From: Spirochaetota bacterium
GTDB taxonomy: Bacteria; Spirochaetota; UBA4802; UBA5550
Direction of reading: 5' to 3'
NCBI GenBank assembly: GCA_963663865.1
Contig: OY760686.1
Span: 480,001-544,000, forward strand
Length of the DNA stretch: 64,000 nucleotides
The notes beneath the pieces are model-generated. The model had not been told where the DNA came from, made no database searches, and saw nothing but the letters and a program-made list of their open reading frames with translations. Positions 29,931 through 39,439 of the stretch are shown in pieces (position 1 is the first letter of the stretch; every line of letters begins with the position of its first letter). The position numbers were made by a program, and so were the translations under genes.

Positions 29931-31523
29931 ATGAGCGATATAAATCACGAAATTAAGCGAAGACGCACTTTCGCTATAATATCACATCCGGATGCTGGAA
30001 AGACCACTTTGACGGAAAAGCTGCTTCTGTATGGGGGGGCGCTTGAGCTTGCGGGTTCTGTTACCGCCAAGAAGAAGCAGCGGGACACATCGTCAGACTG
30101 GATGGAGCTTGAAAAGAAAAGAGGGATCTCAATATCTTCGACGCTGCTTCAGTTTGAGTACAGGGGATTCAGAATGAACCTGCTTGACACTCCGGGGCAC
30201 AGAGACTTCTCTGAGGACACTTACCGGGTGCTTATGGCGGTTGACGCTGTTATCATGGTAATCGACGCCGGTAAGGGAATTGAAAGCCAGACGCGGAAGC
30301 TGTTTGAAATTTGCCGCAGGCGGGGAATACCCATCTTTACCTTTATGAATAAGCTTGACCGACCGGCCATGCAGCCGCTTGAACTTATTGATCAGCTTGA
30401 GAAAGTTCTTAACATTCACGCGTTTCCTGTCAACTGGCCGCTTGAAAGCGGCCCTTATTTCAAGGGCGTTTATGACCGGCTGCAGAAAAAAGTACACATG
30501 TACGAAAAGGTACCAGGAGGCGCTTACCGGGCCCCTGTGTCCATTCGCGGAATAGATGATCCTCTGGTCAGAGAAGTACTTCCTCCTCAGTCATATGAGC
30601 AGATCGTCGAGGAGATCGAGATGCTCGATATCGCGCAGGGCGGCTTTGACGACAGGGCAGTTTTTGCCGGAGAGACTACTCCGGTTTTTTTCGGCAGCGC
30701 GGCCAACAACTTCGGTATTGAGCTGATGCTTGAAGGCTTTCTTAATCATTCGGGAGGACCGGCGTCCCGTCTGTCGGGCGGGATTGAGGTCCCGCTTGAG
30801 GGGCCGGCTTTTTCGGGCTTTGTTTTTAAGATACAGACGAACATGAACCGCCAGCACAGAGACAGAATGGTATTTGTAAGAATCTGTTCCGGAAGGTTTA
30901 CGAGGGACATGACGGCTGTTAACAAGAGGACCGGTAAGGAGGTCAGGCTTTCAAGCTCTCACAGTATGTTCGGGAGGGACCGGGAAACAATTGACGAGGC
31001 ATTCGCGGGAGATATTCTCGGATTTATAACCAATGCGGATTTCAGAATCGGGGACACCGTAACTACTGACCAGTCTGTTTCATTTAGCGAAATCCCGCGT
31101 TTTGCTCCCGAGTGTTTCGCCTATATTCAGAATACAACGGTTTCGAATTATAAATCGTTCAGAAAAGGACTTGATCATCTTTTAGCGGAGGATATTGTCC
31201 AGGCGTTTAACCTTGAGAGTCATGTGAGTCCCGTACCGCTGCTCGGGGCTGTCGGCCCGCTGCAGTTTGAGGTAATGCAGTACCGGCTTAGCGATGAATA
31301 CAATGTTGAGTCGAGACTTGATACAAAGCAGTGGGAATTGCTAAGGTGGCTGCCATCCGGTGAATCCGCGGCTGATTACAGAGACAGGTTGCCTATGAAC
31401 TGCGCATTCGGCGCTGATGACAGAGGCCGTTCGGTGCTTCTGTTCCCGAATGAATGGACTATGAACTTTTTCAGGGAAAAAAATCCTGAAACAGTTCTTC
31501 TGGATTCACCGGATGCCGGGTGA
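29931..31523 (+). CDS. prfC: Peptide chain release factor 3
   Basis: RRTFAIISHPDAGKTTLTEK, SDWMELEKKRGISI, DTPGH and NKLD. Confidence 0.97.
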   Translation: MSDINHEIKRRRTFAIISHPDAGKTTLTEKLLLYGGALELAGSVTAKKKQRDTSSDWMELEKKRGISISSTLLQFEYRGFRMNLLDTPGHRDFSEDTYRVLMAVDAVIMVIDAGKGIESQTRKLFEICRRRGIPIFTFMNKLDRPAMQPLELIDQLEKVLNIHAFPVNWPLESGPYFKGVYDRLQKKVHMYEKVPGGAYRAPVSIRGIDDPLVREVLPPQSYEQIVEEIEMLDIAQGGFDDRAVFAGETTPVFFGSAANNFGIELMLEGFLNHSGGPASRLSGGIEVPLEGPAFSGFVFKIQTNMNRQHRDRMVFVRICSGRFTRDMTAVNKRTGKEVRLSSSHSMFGRDRETIDEAFAGDILGFITNADFRIGDTVTTDQSVSFSEIPRFAPECFAYIQNTTVSNYKSFRKGLDHLLAEDIVQAFNLESHVSPVPLLGAVGPLQFEVMQYRLSDEYNVESRLDTKQWELLRWLPSGESAADYRDRLPMNCAFGADDRGRSVLLFPNEWTMNFFREKNPETVLLDSPDAG

Positions 31524-31620
31524 TTCCAGCGCTACAGTGAAAAATATTGTTGCGCTTTGCGAAGCCGGGTGTATGATAGATGTATTATAATAGCATAAAC
31601 TGATATTATTGGAGGTCGAT

Positions 31621-32034
31621 ATGCCGATATACAATAGAATTCTTGTTCCGGTCAATCTTGACGCGGATGAGTTGCCCTCGCTGGACTCAGCATTGGATTT
31701 CGCTGTTCACTTTAAGGCCAGTGTACACTTTTTTTATGTAAATGATGACGCGGCCGGTTACAGACATCCGGCTGATGGACCTGAGGCGGTTTCACTTAGA
31801 GTGAAGGAAGCTGTTCCAGGCGATCTGCTGGAAAAGGTTTCGCCTGTTTATGCAGTATCAAAGGGCAATGTCGGCGATGAGGTAAAAAAGTATGCGAATG
31901 AAAATGCAATCGATCTTGTCATCACAACGCATACACATCACATGAAGTTTATCGCTTCAATAACCGACAGCACAAGCGATAAAATCGTCAATTCTGTTGA
32001 TCTGCCGGTTCTTGTGCTTCCTGATTCAGAATAG
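31621..32034 (+). CDS. Universal stress protein (UspA family)
   Basis: ATG after GGAGG; YNRILVPV, IDLVI and C-terminal PVLVL. Confidence 0.85.
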   Translation: MPIYNRILVPVNLDADELPSLDSALDFAVHFKASVHFFYVNDDAAGYRHPADGPEAVSLRVKEAVPGDLLEKVSPVYAVSKGNVGDEVKKYANENAIDLVITTHTHHMKFIASITDSTSDKIVNSVDLPVLVLPDSE

Positions 32035-32162
32035 ATTATAGAAGAACTGAAAGCTCAAGCACAGTTGTTTGTGCCGGTATTTATGATTACTGAAGGCCCA
32101 TACATGAGAATGAATGGTCCTTCTTTATGAAATAATCTGAGGATGTGCTTTGAGACTGAAGC

Positions 32163-33077
32163 TCAGTAGGTTCTCTCATATTCAGTGACTCTGTTAACTT
32201 TAACCTCTTCGCCTCTCGGGTCGGTCTCTGTTCCCTCCTTATATCCAATAACGAACCTCTTGCCCTTCTGGGAGGTGTTCATCGCTGGCAAACCAGATTC
32301 GCTGTCCAGTTCAAAGAAGTCCTTATCAGGCATCGAGTCAAACCTGAAAAGCGCGGTCTTTCCGTCGTCTCCCTTCAGCGTTATATAAAAACCGTCACCC
32401 TCGAATCCTGTTCTTGCTGAGATAAAAATCCCTTCAAACAGCATGCTATCGGTATTTCGACTTGCGGCCTCAGCAATCTCTCGGACAGCCTTCATTGTCT
32501 GTTCTTTGTTCAACGGACCAATTCCGGGTTTAGTATATTTACACCCTTTTGAGAGGAGATATTCCGTAATGGCAGCATGCCCGAAATCAACAGCATATCG
32601 TATTGGCGGGTCTCCGCCAAGATCATTCCTGTCGAGTGGAAGGGCATTCAATGATATTTCTTTTAGAATTCTTATGTCAGGATTCTTTTCTCTCTGGAGC
32701 AGGGAATGAAGAGCCTCAGATCCAGAGGGCATTTTTGCTCCCTTTGAGAAGAGCAGCTTCACTGTCTCGTAAGAATTGGCTGTTACTGCCGCTTCAACCG
32801 CAGTCTTTGCGTTGTAATCAGGATTATCCTGGTCATGGTTTGGATCGCTTGAGTTGACGTTTGCTCCTCTGTCAAGCAGCGATTTCACAAGAGCGGTGTT
32901 TCCTTCAGCAGCAGCTTGAAAAAGCTGTGAATCAAGAGACGAGTCGGACTTTTGTGCTGATACAGTTTCTCCTGTCTGAGTACTGGTCTTTTCAGGAGCG
33001 TTTTTTTTGCATTTGCATCCCATACCTGCAAGAAGGACGAGCATGATGATCAGGAGTTGTTTAAACCTGTTTTTCAT
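32163..33077 (-). CDS. Ankyrin-repeat lipoprotein
   Basis: Start at MKNRFK after GAGG (ORF track starts at 33143); lipobox-like AGMG-C; LFQAAAEGNTALVKSLLDRGANVN and PIRYAVDFGHAAITEYLLSKG repeats. Confidence 0.82.
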   Translation of the reverse strand: MKNRFKQLLIIMLVLLAGMGCKCKKNAPEKTSTQTGETVSAQKSDSSLDSQLFQAAAEGNTALVKSLLDRGANVNSSDPNHDQDNPDYNAKTAVEAAVTANSYETVKLLFSKGAKMPSGSEALHSLLQREKNPDIRILKEISLNALPLDRNDLGGDPPIRYAVDFGHAAITEYLLSKGCKYTKPGIGPLNKEQTMKAVREIAEAASRNTDSMLFEGIFISARTGFEGDGFYITLKGDDGKTALFRFDSMPDKDFFELDSESGLPAMNTSQKGKRFVIGYKEGTETDPRGEEVKVNRVTEYERTY

Positions 33078-33234
33078 ATTTACCTCTGATGAGTTGTAAT
33101 GATATATTTGAAAGCAATAGTGGACATCAGCATGAGAACGCACAGATAATAATTATATTTCGTGCGCTGCATAGGCCCAGCTTGCTATAGAATGTTAACC
33201 AGAAACAGCTATATTATGGTGCAGTCAATTGATT

Positions 33235-33366
33235 TTATTCAATTGCGGCCGCGTTAAGCATCATTATATGACTGATGACCGCTTCAGCAGTAATGTGATG
33301 CGCCTCAGCTGTCATGTGAATGCCGTCGTCGAGTAAAAGCTCCTTGAGGGATGACTGCTCAGCCAT
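33235..33366 (-). pseudogene. C-terminal remnant of an SGNH/GDSL hydrolase (43 aa)
   Basis: Manual translation MAEQSSLKELLLDDGIHMTAEAHHITAEAVISHIMMLNAAAIE carries the block V DxxH motif and terminal helix; in-frame TAG 15 codons upstream. Confidence 0.55.
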
Positions 33367-33570
33367 CGCAGACAGGATTATCAGGCTGTTTGACTGTGCA
33401 TTTTGACTCTATATTTACTTCTTGACTGAGCGCCGCGAATATATATCAATTATCCGTTAGGAACAAATCAATATTATTTTATCGCGATGATGGGCATTTT
33501 GATACCGACTGCTGCCGGCTAGACGGACGACCAGCAGGCTCAGTTGAATCCGTAATTACAGGAGTGTAAA

Positions 33571-36189
33571 ATGATCAGAAAAATTCTCTCTGCTGTTTCT
33601 GAAGCGGTTGCCGGGGGCAAATATTCAGGTTTGATAGTGGGATGTATCTCTTTTCTGCTGGTATTTGCTGCCGGTCACAGTGAAATCTACAAGAGGTTTA
33701 ATCTGAACCTCTATGACATAGCGTTTACATTCAAGCCTTCTGTGCAGGAATGGGACAGATTGTCTTTTATCGATATTGATGATAACAGCACGGACACACT
33801 CGGCCAGTTTCCCTGGCCAAGGCATGTGTATGGATACGGCCTTGATGTCATGAAACAGGCCGGTGTTGATCTCGCTGTTCTTGATATTATGTTTCCCAAC
33901 AGGTCGCCACTTCATGTTGTGCCGGAAAAGGCAGATGTACTGAAGAAAAAAGCCGTCAAAAGGCAGCCTATATCTCCTGAGGAGCTGCAGGAGGCAGTGA
34001 TCGACAATGACCTTGAATTTGCGTCTTCTGTTAGCGCGATGGGGAGGGTTGTAATTTCATACAATCTGAGTCCGGAACCTGCTGTTCACGACGTGGTTGA
34101 ATTCCAGAAAACGGCGGCTTTTCAAAAAGCCCGGAGAAGATTCGAAGAAAGGGCCTCTATTGCAGTAAGTCCGGAGATGAAGAGCCGCTTCGCGGGACTT
34201 GAAGATGACAAGACAAAAAGCCTGTCGTATCCTATTCCGGAGTTAATGGAGTCAGCAAAGCTTTTTGGTTTCGTAAACCGCGATACGGACATCGACGGCG
34301 CAGTGAGAAAAGTGCGGCTTGTTCAGATGTTCAACGACAGGTTATATTTTAATCTTGCACTTGTTATGTTGATGAATATCTGCGGAATCGACGCCGCGTC
34401 GGTCAATATTCATCCGGGGGACGGAATTATTCTCGAAGGCGGATTCAATCCTGTTACGGGAAAGGCAGGCAACATTAAGATTCCCGTTGATGAAAAGGGA
34501 ATGATGTATGTCAACTGGGCCGGTGAGGGGAAGAGGGAAGAGACCTTCAATATATTGTCGTATTATTCCCTGATGGAGTATGATCAGTTTTCAGATTCAG
34601 TCCATGACTATCTTGACGGACAGGCAGGCCCCGCAGCGGCGGTGAAGCTTTCAGCTATCAACAAGTCAATAGAGCAGGGACTAAAGGGTTTCAGGAAAGC
34701 CGTTTCAGGACCTGAAAAGGAAAAGCTATGGAAGCAGGTAGAGGCTCTCAGAATGGAAAAGGCAGAGATTAAGAACCAGCTTGTAAAGCCTCTGCAGGAA
34801 GAAATCGCGAGCATAGAGGGCATGCTTCGCGGTAAGGAGGACGCTGAAACGAGGAAGTACCTTGAAGAGCTGAAAAACGATGAGAAGGCTGTAAAGATGG
34901 TCATGTCCGTTGATAATCTATCGGGCCACACGGCCATTACCGGTCTCACCGCGACCGGTACTATCGATATCGGACAGACGCCGCTTTCAAACGAGTATGC
35001 CATGGTAGGGGCCTATCACAACACAGTAAACACAGTGCTTCAGGGAGCTTACATCGGGATTGCCGACAGAATGTTCAATCTTGTATTGATGTTTGCGTTA
35101 GCACTCGCGATCGGAATAGCTGTGCATAAGATGAACGCGCGGTATGGTATTTTGACAGTTGCAGTGTCATTTATTGCGGCAAATATCTGTGCCATAGGAA
35201 CCTTTTCTCTATTCAATTTCTGGATAGATCAGCTTGGCGTCTCTTTGTCGCTTCTTCTTCCGTCTGTATCTATAGTCTCTCTAAAGTTCATGAAAGAAGA
35301 GAATCAGAAGAAGTTTATAAAGGGGGCTTTTTCGCGATATCTGGCGCCGAGCATAATTGACCAGATTATTGCAAACCCTAAATCGCTTGAGCTGGGTGGA
35401 GAGGAGAGGGAGATAACAATCTTTTTTTCCGATGTAGCGAAGTTTTCGACCATATCGGAGAAGCTCACACCGCCTGAACTTGTCAAACTCCTGAACGAGT
35501 ACCTGTCAGCTATGACAGAGATAATACTTGCCCACGGCGGAACGGTTGACAAATATGAAGGGGATGCCGTTATGGCTTTTTTTGGAGCGCCGCTTTATCA
35601 GGAAGATCATGCTGTCAGGGCCTGTCTCGCGGCAATCGACCAGAACAGGAGGCTTAAAGAGCTTCAGGAACACTGGCGTGATACGGGCCAGGACCAGCTT
35701 TCTGTGAGGATGGGAATGAATACAGGTAAAGCCGTCGTCGGGAACATGGGATCGGCAAGCAAGATGGATTACACAGCAATGGGGGATTCCGTTAATCTCG
35801 CTTCAAGGCTTGAAGGGGCAAACAAGTACTACGGCAGCCACAGCATGATAAGCGAAGCGACGTACGAGGCCGCGTCAGATTTTATTGATGTGCGCAAGCT
35901 CGATATAATCAGGGTTGTGGGCAAGGAGCAGCCTATAACAATCTATGAGCTTCTCGGAAGAAAGGGCACCCTGCCAGGGTATATGTACGAGATGATGGAG
36001 CGCTATAACAGGGGGATTGAGCAGTTCAGCAACCGGCAGTGGAAAAGAGCGAAACAGTACTTTAATGAGGCGCTTGAGGTTGTTCCCGATGACGGGCCAA
36101 GTCAGACCTATGTACAGAGATGTGAAGAATTCGCCAAAAAGCCTCCATCAAAGAACTGGGACGGAGTCTACAGAATGAAATCAAAATAG
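33571..36189 (+). CDS. CHASE2-domain class III adenylate cyclase with C-terminal TPR
   Basis: GQFPWPR and DTDIDGAVRK (CHASE2); three TMs; FSDVAKFS, DKYEGDAVM and YTAMGDSVNLASRLEG (ATP-specifying Lys); WDGV terminus. Confidence 0.93.
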   Translation: MIRKILSAVSEAVAGGKYSGLIVGCISFLLVFAAGHSEIYKRFNLNLYDIAFTFKPSVQEWDRLSFIDIDDNSTDTLGQFPWPRHVYGYGLDVMKQAGVDLAVLDIMFPNRSPLHVVPEKADVLKKKAVKRQPISPEELQEAVIDNDLEFASSVSAMGRVVISYNLSPEPAVHDVVEFQKTAAFQKARRRFEERASIAVSPEMKSRFAGLEDDKTKSLSYPIPELMESAKLFGFVNRDTDIDGAVRKVRLVQMFNDRLYFNLALVMLMNICGIDAASVNIHPGDGIILEGGFNPVTGKAGNIKIPVDEKGMMYVNWAGEGKREETFNILSYYSLMEYDQFSDSVHDYLDGQAGPAAAVKLSAINKSIEQGLKGFRKAVSGPEKEKLWKQVEALRMEKAEIKNQLVKPLQEEIASIEGMLRGKEDAETRKYLEELKNDEKAVKMVMSVDNLSGHTAITGLTATGTIDIGQTPLSNEYAMVGAYHNTVNTVLQGAYIGIADRMFNLVLMFALALAIGIAVHKMNARYGILTVAVSFIAANICAIGTFSLFNFWIDQLGVSLSLLLPSVSIVSLKFMKEENQKKFIKGAFSRYLAPSIIDQIIANPKSLELGGEEREITIFFSDVAKFSTISEKLTPPELVKLLNEYLSAMTEIILAHGGTVDKYEGDAVMAFFGAPLYQEDHAVRACLAAIDQNRRLKELQEHWRDTGQDQLSVRMGMNTGKAVVGNMGSASKMDYTAMGDSVNLASRLEGANKYYGSHSMISEATYEAASDFIDVRKLDIIRVVGKEQPITIYELLGRKGTLPGYMYEMMERYNRGIEQFSNRQWKRAKQYFNEALEVVPDDGPSQTYVQRCEEFAKKPPSKNWDGVYRMKSK

Positions 36190-36277
36190 GGGCAGAGCTT
36201 CCTGCTCTTACGGGATTAATTATTGACAATTTACCGCTTCAGCAGGTTTGATAGGGTATACAATCAAGGAGAATCAA

Positions 36278-37642
36278 ATGTTTAAAAAGATGAAAGAAAG
36301 GAGTACTCATTTCCTGGCCATAGCCTTCGTTCTTGGACTGTTTATGGGAGTTAATGTTTCATTCCTTGCCTCAGCCGAAGAACCGGCGCATAAATATCTG
36401 GATTATTTTCACAGGATTTATCAGATCCTCCGCAATGAATATGTAGACCAGACTGATAATAAGGAGCTTTTCTACGGAGCGATGAGAGGTATGATAAAGT
36501 CTCTCGACGATCCTTTTTCAAGATTTCTCGATGAGGAGTCCTATGAAGAGCTTAGAGAAATGACAAGCGGCAAGTTCGTCGGCGTAGGAATCGAGATCAC
36601 TACCAAAGATGATGAAGTCGTTGTCATTTCTCCTATCGAAGACTCGCCCGCGATGAAAGCTGGTATTCACGCGGGGGATATTATCACAAAGGTGAATGAT
36701 ACACGCGTTAAGGGGATGAAGCTCAGCGAAATAGTAAAGCTTATCAAGGGGCTTCCGAAGACACGTGTTAATCTTCAGATATCGAGAGAAGGCTATGACG
36801 AGCCAATAGATGTTTCAATGGAGAGGGCATCAATAAAAATAAGAAGCGTAGACTACGGAGTTATTGAAGGCCATGACGCCGGCTATATCAGAATAATGAA
36901 TTTCGGTAACGATACACCTTCAGATGTTTCAAAGGCGCTCAAGTTCTTTAACCAGAAGAAGATAGACAGGCTTATTCTTGACTTGAGGTATAACCCGGGA
37001 GGGCTGCTCTCCGCTGCTGTTGAAATCTCAGATATGTTTCTGGAACCAGCAAAAGTGATTGTGTCGACAAGGGGGCGGGACGGAGTTAATCCGGAAAGAG
37101 TGTTTAAATCTGAGAACGATCCGATAGCTCGCGAAAAGCTTGTCGTACTTGTCAATAAAGGAAGCGCTTCTGCATCTGAGATACTGGCCGGAGCCATAAG
37201 AGACAACAAGAGAGGCACGCTTGTCGGCGAGAAAACCTTCGGAAAGGGGTCAGTTCAAAAGTCCTATGACCTCGGCGATGACGTTGGTGTTGCCATTACA
37301 ATAGCTAAATACTTCACGCCATCCGGAGAGTGCATTCATAAAGTGGGTATTGAGCCGGATGAAAAGGTTGAACCGTACAAATTCCTCAAGGACGAAATGA
37401 AATACATCAATCAGATGACAAAGGACAATATTGCTGAAGAATACATTAAAAAAGATATGGAATACAGCGAAAGCTCGCGAATTGCTTTCAGGTCATATCT
37501 TAAGTCAAAAGATATACAAATTTCTGACAGGTCTTCTGATATGATTCTCTATAACAGCATTAACAGATATAGAAAAAAGCCGCTTTATAGTATTGAATTT
37601 GACGACCAACTTGCACGAGGACTGGAGATTTTGAAAAAGTGA
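36278..37642 (+). CDS. ctpA: Carboxy-terminal processing protease (S41)
   Basis: ATG after AAGGAG (ORF track starts at 36248); PDZ GVGIEI; DLRYNPGG, SASASEI and TFGKGSVQ. Confidence 0.93.
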   Translation: MFKKMKERSTHFLAIAFVLGLFMGVNVSFLASAEEPAHKYLDYFHRIYQILRNEYVDQTDNKELFYGAMRGMIKSLDDPFSRFLDEESYEELREMTSGKFVGVGIEITTKDDEVVVISPIEDSPAMKAGIHAGDIITKVNDTRVKGMKLSEIVKLIKGLPKTRVNLQISREGYDEPIDVSMERASIKIRSVDYGVIEGHDAGYIRIMNFGNDTPSDVSKALKFFNQKKIDRLILDLRYNPGGLLSAAVEISDMFLEPAKVIVSTRGRDGVNPERVFKSENDPIAREKLVVLVNKGSASASEILAGAIRDNKRGTLVGEKTFGKGSVQKSYDLGDDVGVAITIAKYFTPSGECIHKVGIEPDEKVEPYKFLKDEMKYINQMTKDNIAEEYIKKDMEYSESSRIAFRSYLKSKDIQISDRSSDMILYNSINRYRKKPLYSIEFDDQLARGLEILKK

Positions 37643-38646
37643 GTTCCAGTTTATATTTAAATAGTATAACAGGACTTGGGCTTGAGAGTTCCTGTGATGA
37701 GACGGCTGCTTCAGTAGTGAAGGATGGCACCAGTATCCTTTCGAATGAGATCAACAGCCAGATTGATCTGCACAGGGAGTACTTTGGTGTAGTACCGGAA
37801 ATAGCTTCGAGGTCTCATCTCGAAACCATTAACGGCCTGGTTGAGAGGGCTCTTGACAGAGCTGGAATTGGCTTTGCTGATCTTCATTATGTCGCTGCCA
37901 CCTCCCGCCCCGGTCTTGTGGGGTCGCTTCTTATTGCACTTCAATGCGCGAAGACGATATCGTTTGTAAGAAAGATTCCGCTGATAGCGGTCAATCACCT
38001 TGAGGCTCATCTCTATGCGCCGTTTCTTGAAGGACATCAATTGCGATACCCTTTTATAGGGCTCCTTGTGTCCGGCGGCAATACGGTGATTTATGAAGTT
38101 CAAGGGATCGGGCAAATGGAGAAGCTCTCAAGAACGGTAGATGATGCAGCGGGAGAGGCTTTTGACAAAGTTGCAAAGTATCTTGATCTTGGATATCCTG
38201 GCGGGCCTGTAATAGAGAAGCTTGCCAGAGAGGCTGTAAAAAAGGAGAAGATTTTCCCGAAAATTCTAACCGATCCGGGTGACAGCCGCTTTTCTTACAG
38301 CGGAATTAAGACCGCAGTCGTTAACTATATAAAGGCGAACCCTGATGCCGAAAAAGCCGAGGTTGTATACAGCTTCCAGGAAAGAGCGCTGGAAATACTG
38401 GCTCGCCGGGTTTTCGCGGCTGCGAGGGTGCGGGGGATCAGAGATATCGTTGTTGCCGGAGGGGTAGCGTCGAACGGAAGGCTGAGGGATATCCTTTATT
38501 CTGAGAAGAAAAAGGATGAAAATGTAATTGTAGCTTCTCCTGGCCTCTGCACCGACAATGCCGCGATGGTTGCCGGACTCGCATACAGATATTATGAGGC
38601 GGGCCGCTTTGATGATCTTCGCGTTGATGTGTGTGCAAGGGTATAA
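37639..38646 (+). CDS. tsaD: tRNA N6-threonylcarbamoyladenosine transferase
   Basis: ESSCDETA, VVPEIASRSH, VNHLEAH, VSGG, DDAAGEAFDK and CTDNAAM. Confidence 0.96.
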   Translation: MSSSLYLNSITGLGLESSCDETAASVVKDGTSILSNEINSQIDLHREYFGVVPEIASRSHLETINGLVERALDRAGIGFADLHYVAATSRPGLVGSLLIALQCAKTISFVRKIPLIAVNHLEAHLYAPFLEGHQLRYPFIGLLVSGGNTVIYEVQGIGQMEKLSRTVDDAAGEAFDKVAKYLDLGYPGGPVIEKLAREAVKKEKIFPKILTDPGDSRFSYSGIKTAVVNYIKANPDAEKAEVVYSFQERALEILARRVFAAARVRGIRDIVVAGGVASNGRLRDILYSEKKKDENVIVASPGLCTDNAAMVAGLAYRYYEAGRFDDLRVDVCARV

Positions 38647-38667
38647 ATTTCTTTACAGGACTTTCTT

Positions 38668-39423
38668 ATGAGAGCTGTTAAAAACCGCAGTTATAATAAT
38701 CTCATCGACTTCTGCATAAATTGTGAAGAAAATCCCGAAATGGCGGGCAAACCGCGTGAGATATTCCGCGTGCTGCTCTCAGAGTGCTTTTTTAGCGAAG
38801 AGGCGTCTCAAAGCAAATCCTTTCAGAGGATACTTGAGGGAGTCGAACTGCCTTCTTTTCTCGATGAAAAGCCGAGTATTCTGAAGGTTGACGTCGATGA
38901 GCTTGAGCAGTGGATTAATGGGGACATCCTCGCTGATTCACTTTGCGGTAAGCTGATGTTTTCCAGGGAATATCTGAATGCTTTCTACCATGACCATCCG
39001 CCATCATTTTCGAAGCTGCCAGACGGAGTTAGGGAAGCATTGGCTGCTGAGGCAAAAGTAAGAAATGCCGCAATTGTCGAGGCGTTCAGAAAAATTGAAC
39101 ACGATATTGAGGCGGACAGGAAACGAAAAGTAATCAATCTTGTCGCGCTTATCATAAAAAATGTTCAACTTCGCTCGGGACATCCTACAATTAACCCTGC
39201 TGAACCTGCTTCAAAGATTATTTCTACGATATTCAAGACCAATGATGAGGTCTTCACCGCTAAACAATCACAGATGAGCGAACTGGCAGACGACACAAGG
39301 ATAAAGAGCCTTATAAAAAGCTTTTTCAGGATAAGGATGTTTTCCGAAATAACGGATTTAACACGATTATATCATAAGGAACTTGATCGATATAAGAAAA
39401 GAGCAGTCCGGGCTTCAACGTAA
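38668..39423 (+). CDS. Hypothetical protein (helical, cytoplasmic)
   Basis: 251-aa ORF in the co-directional run; no motif recognised. Confidence 0.7.
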   Translation: MRAVKNRSYNNLIDFCINCEENPEMAGKPREIFRVLLSECFFSEEASQSKSFQRILEGVELPSFLDEKPSILKVDVDELEQWINGDILADSLCGKLMFSREYLNAFYHDHPPSFSKLPDGVREALAAEAKVRNAAIVEAFRKIEHDIEADRKRKVINLVALIIKNVQLRSGHPTINPAEPASKIISTIFKTNDEVFTAKQSQMSELADDTRIKSLIKSFFRIRMFSEITDLTRLYHKELDRYKKRAVRAST

Positions 39424-39439
39424 TATCGGGGTATAGATA

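Noticed and set aside
32035-32162. Integron attC site after the ankyrin gene
   Set aside because: No properly placed RYYYAAC/GTTRRRY core pair and no integrase.
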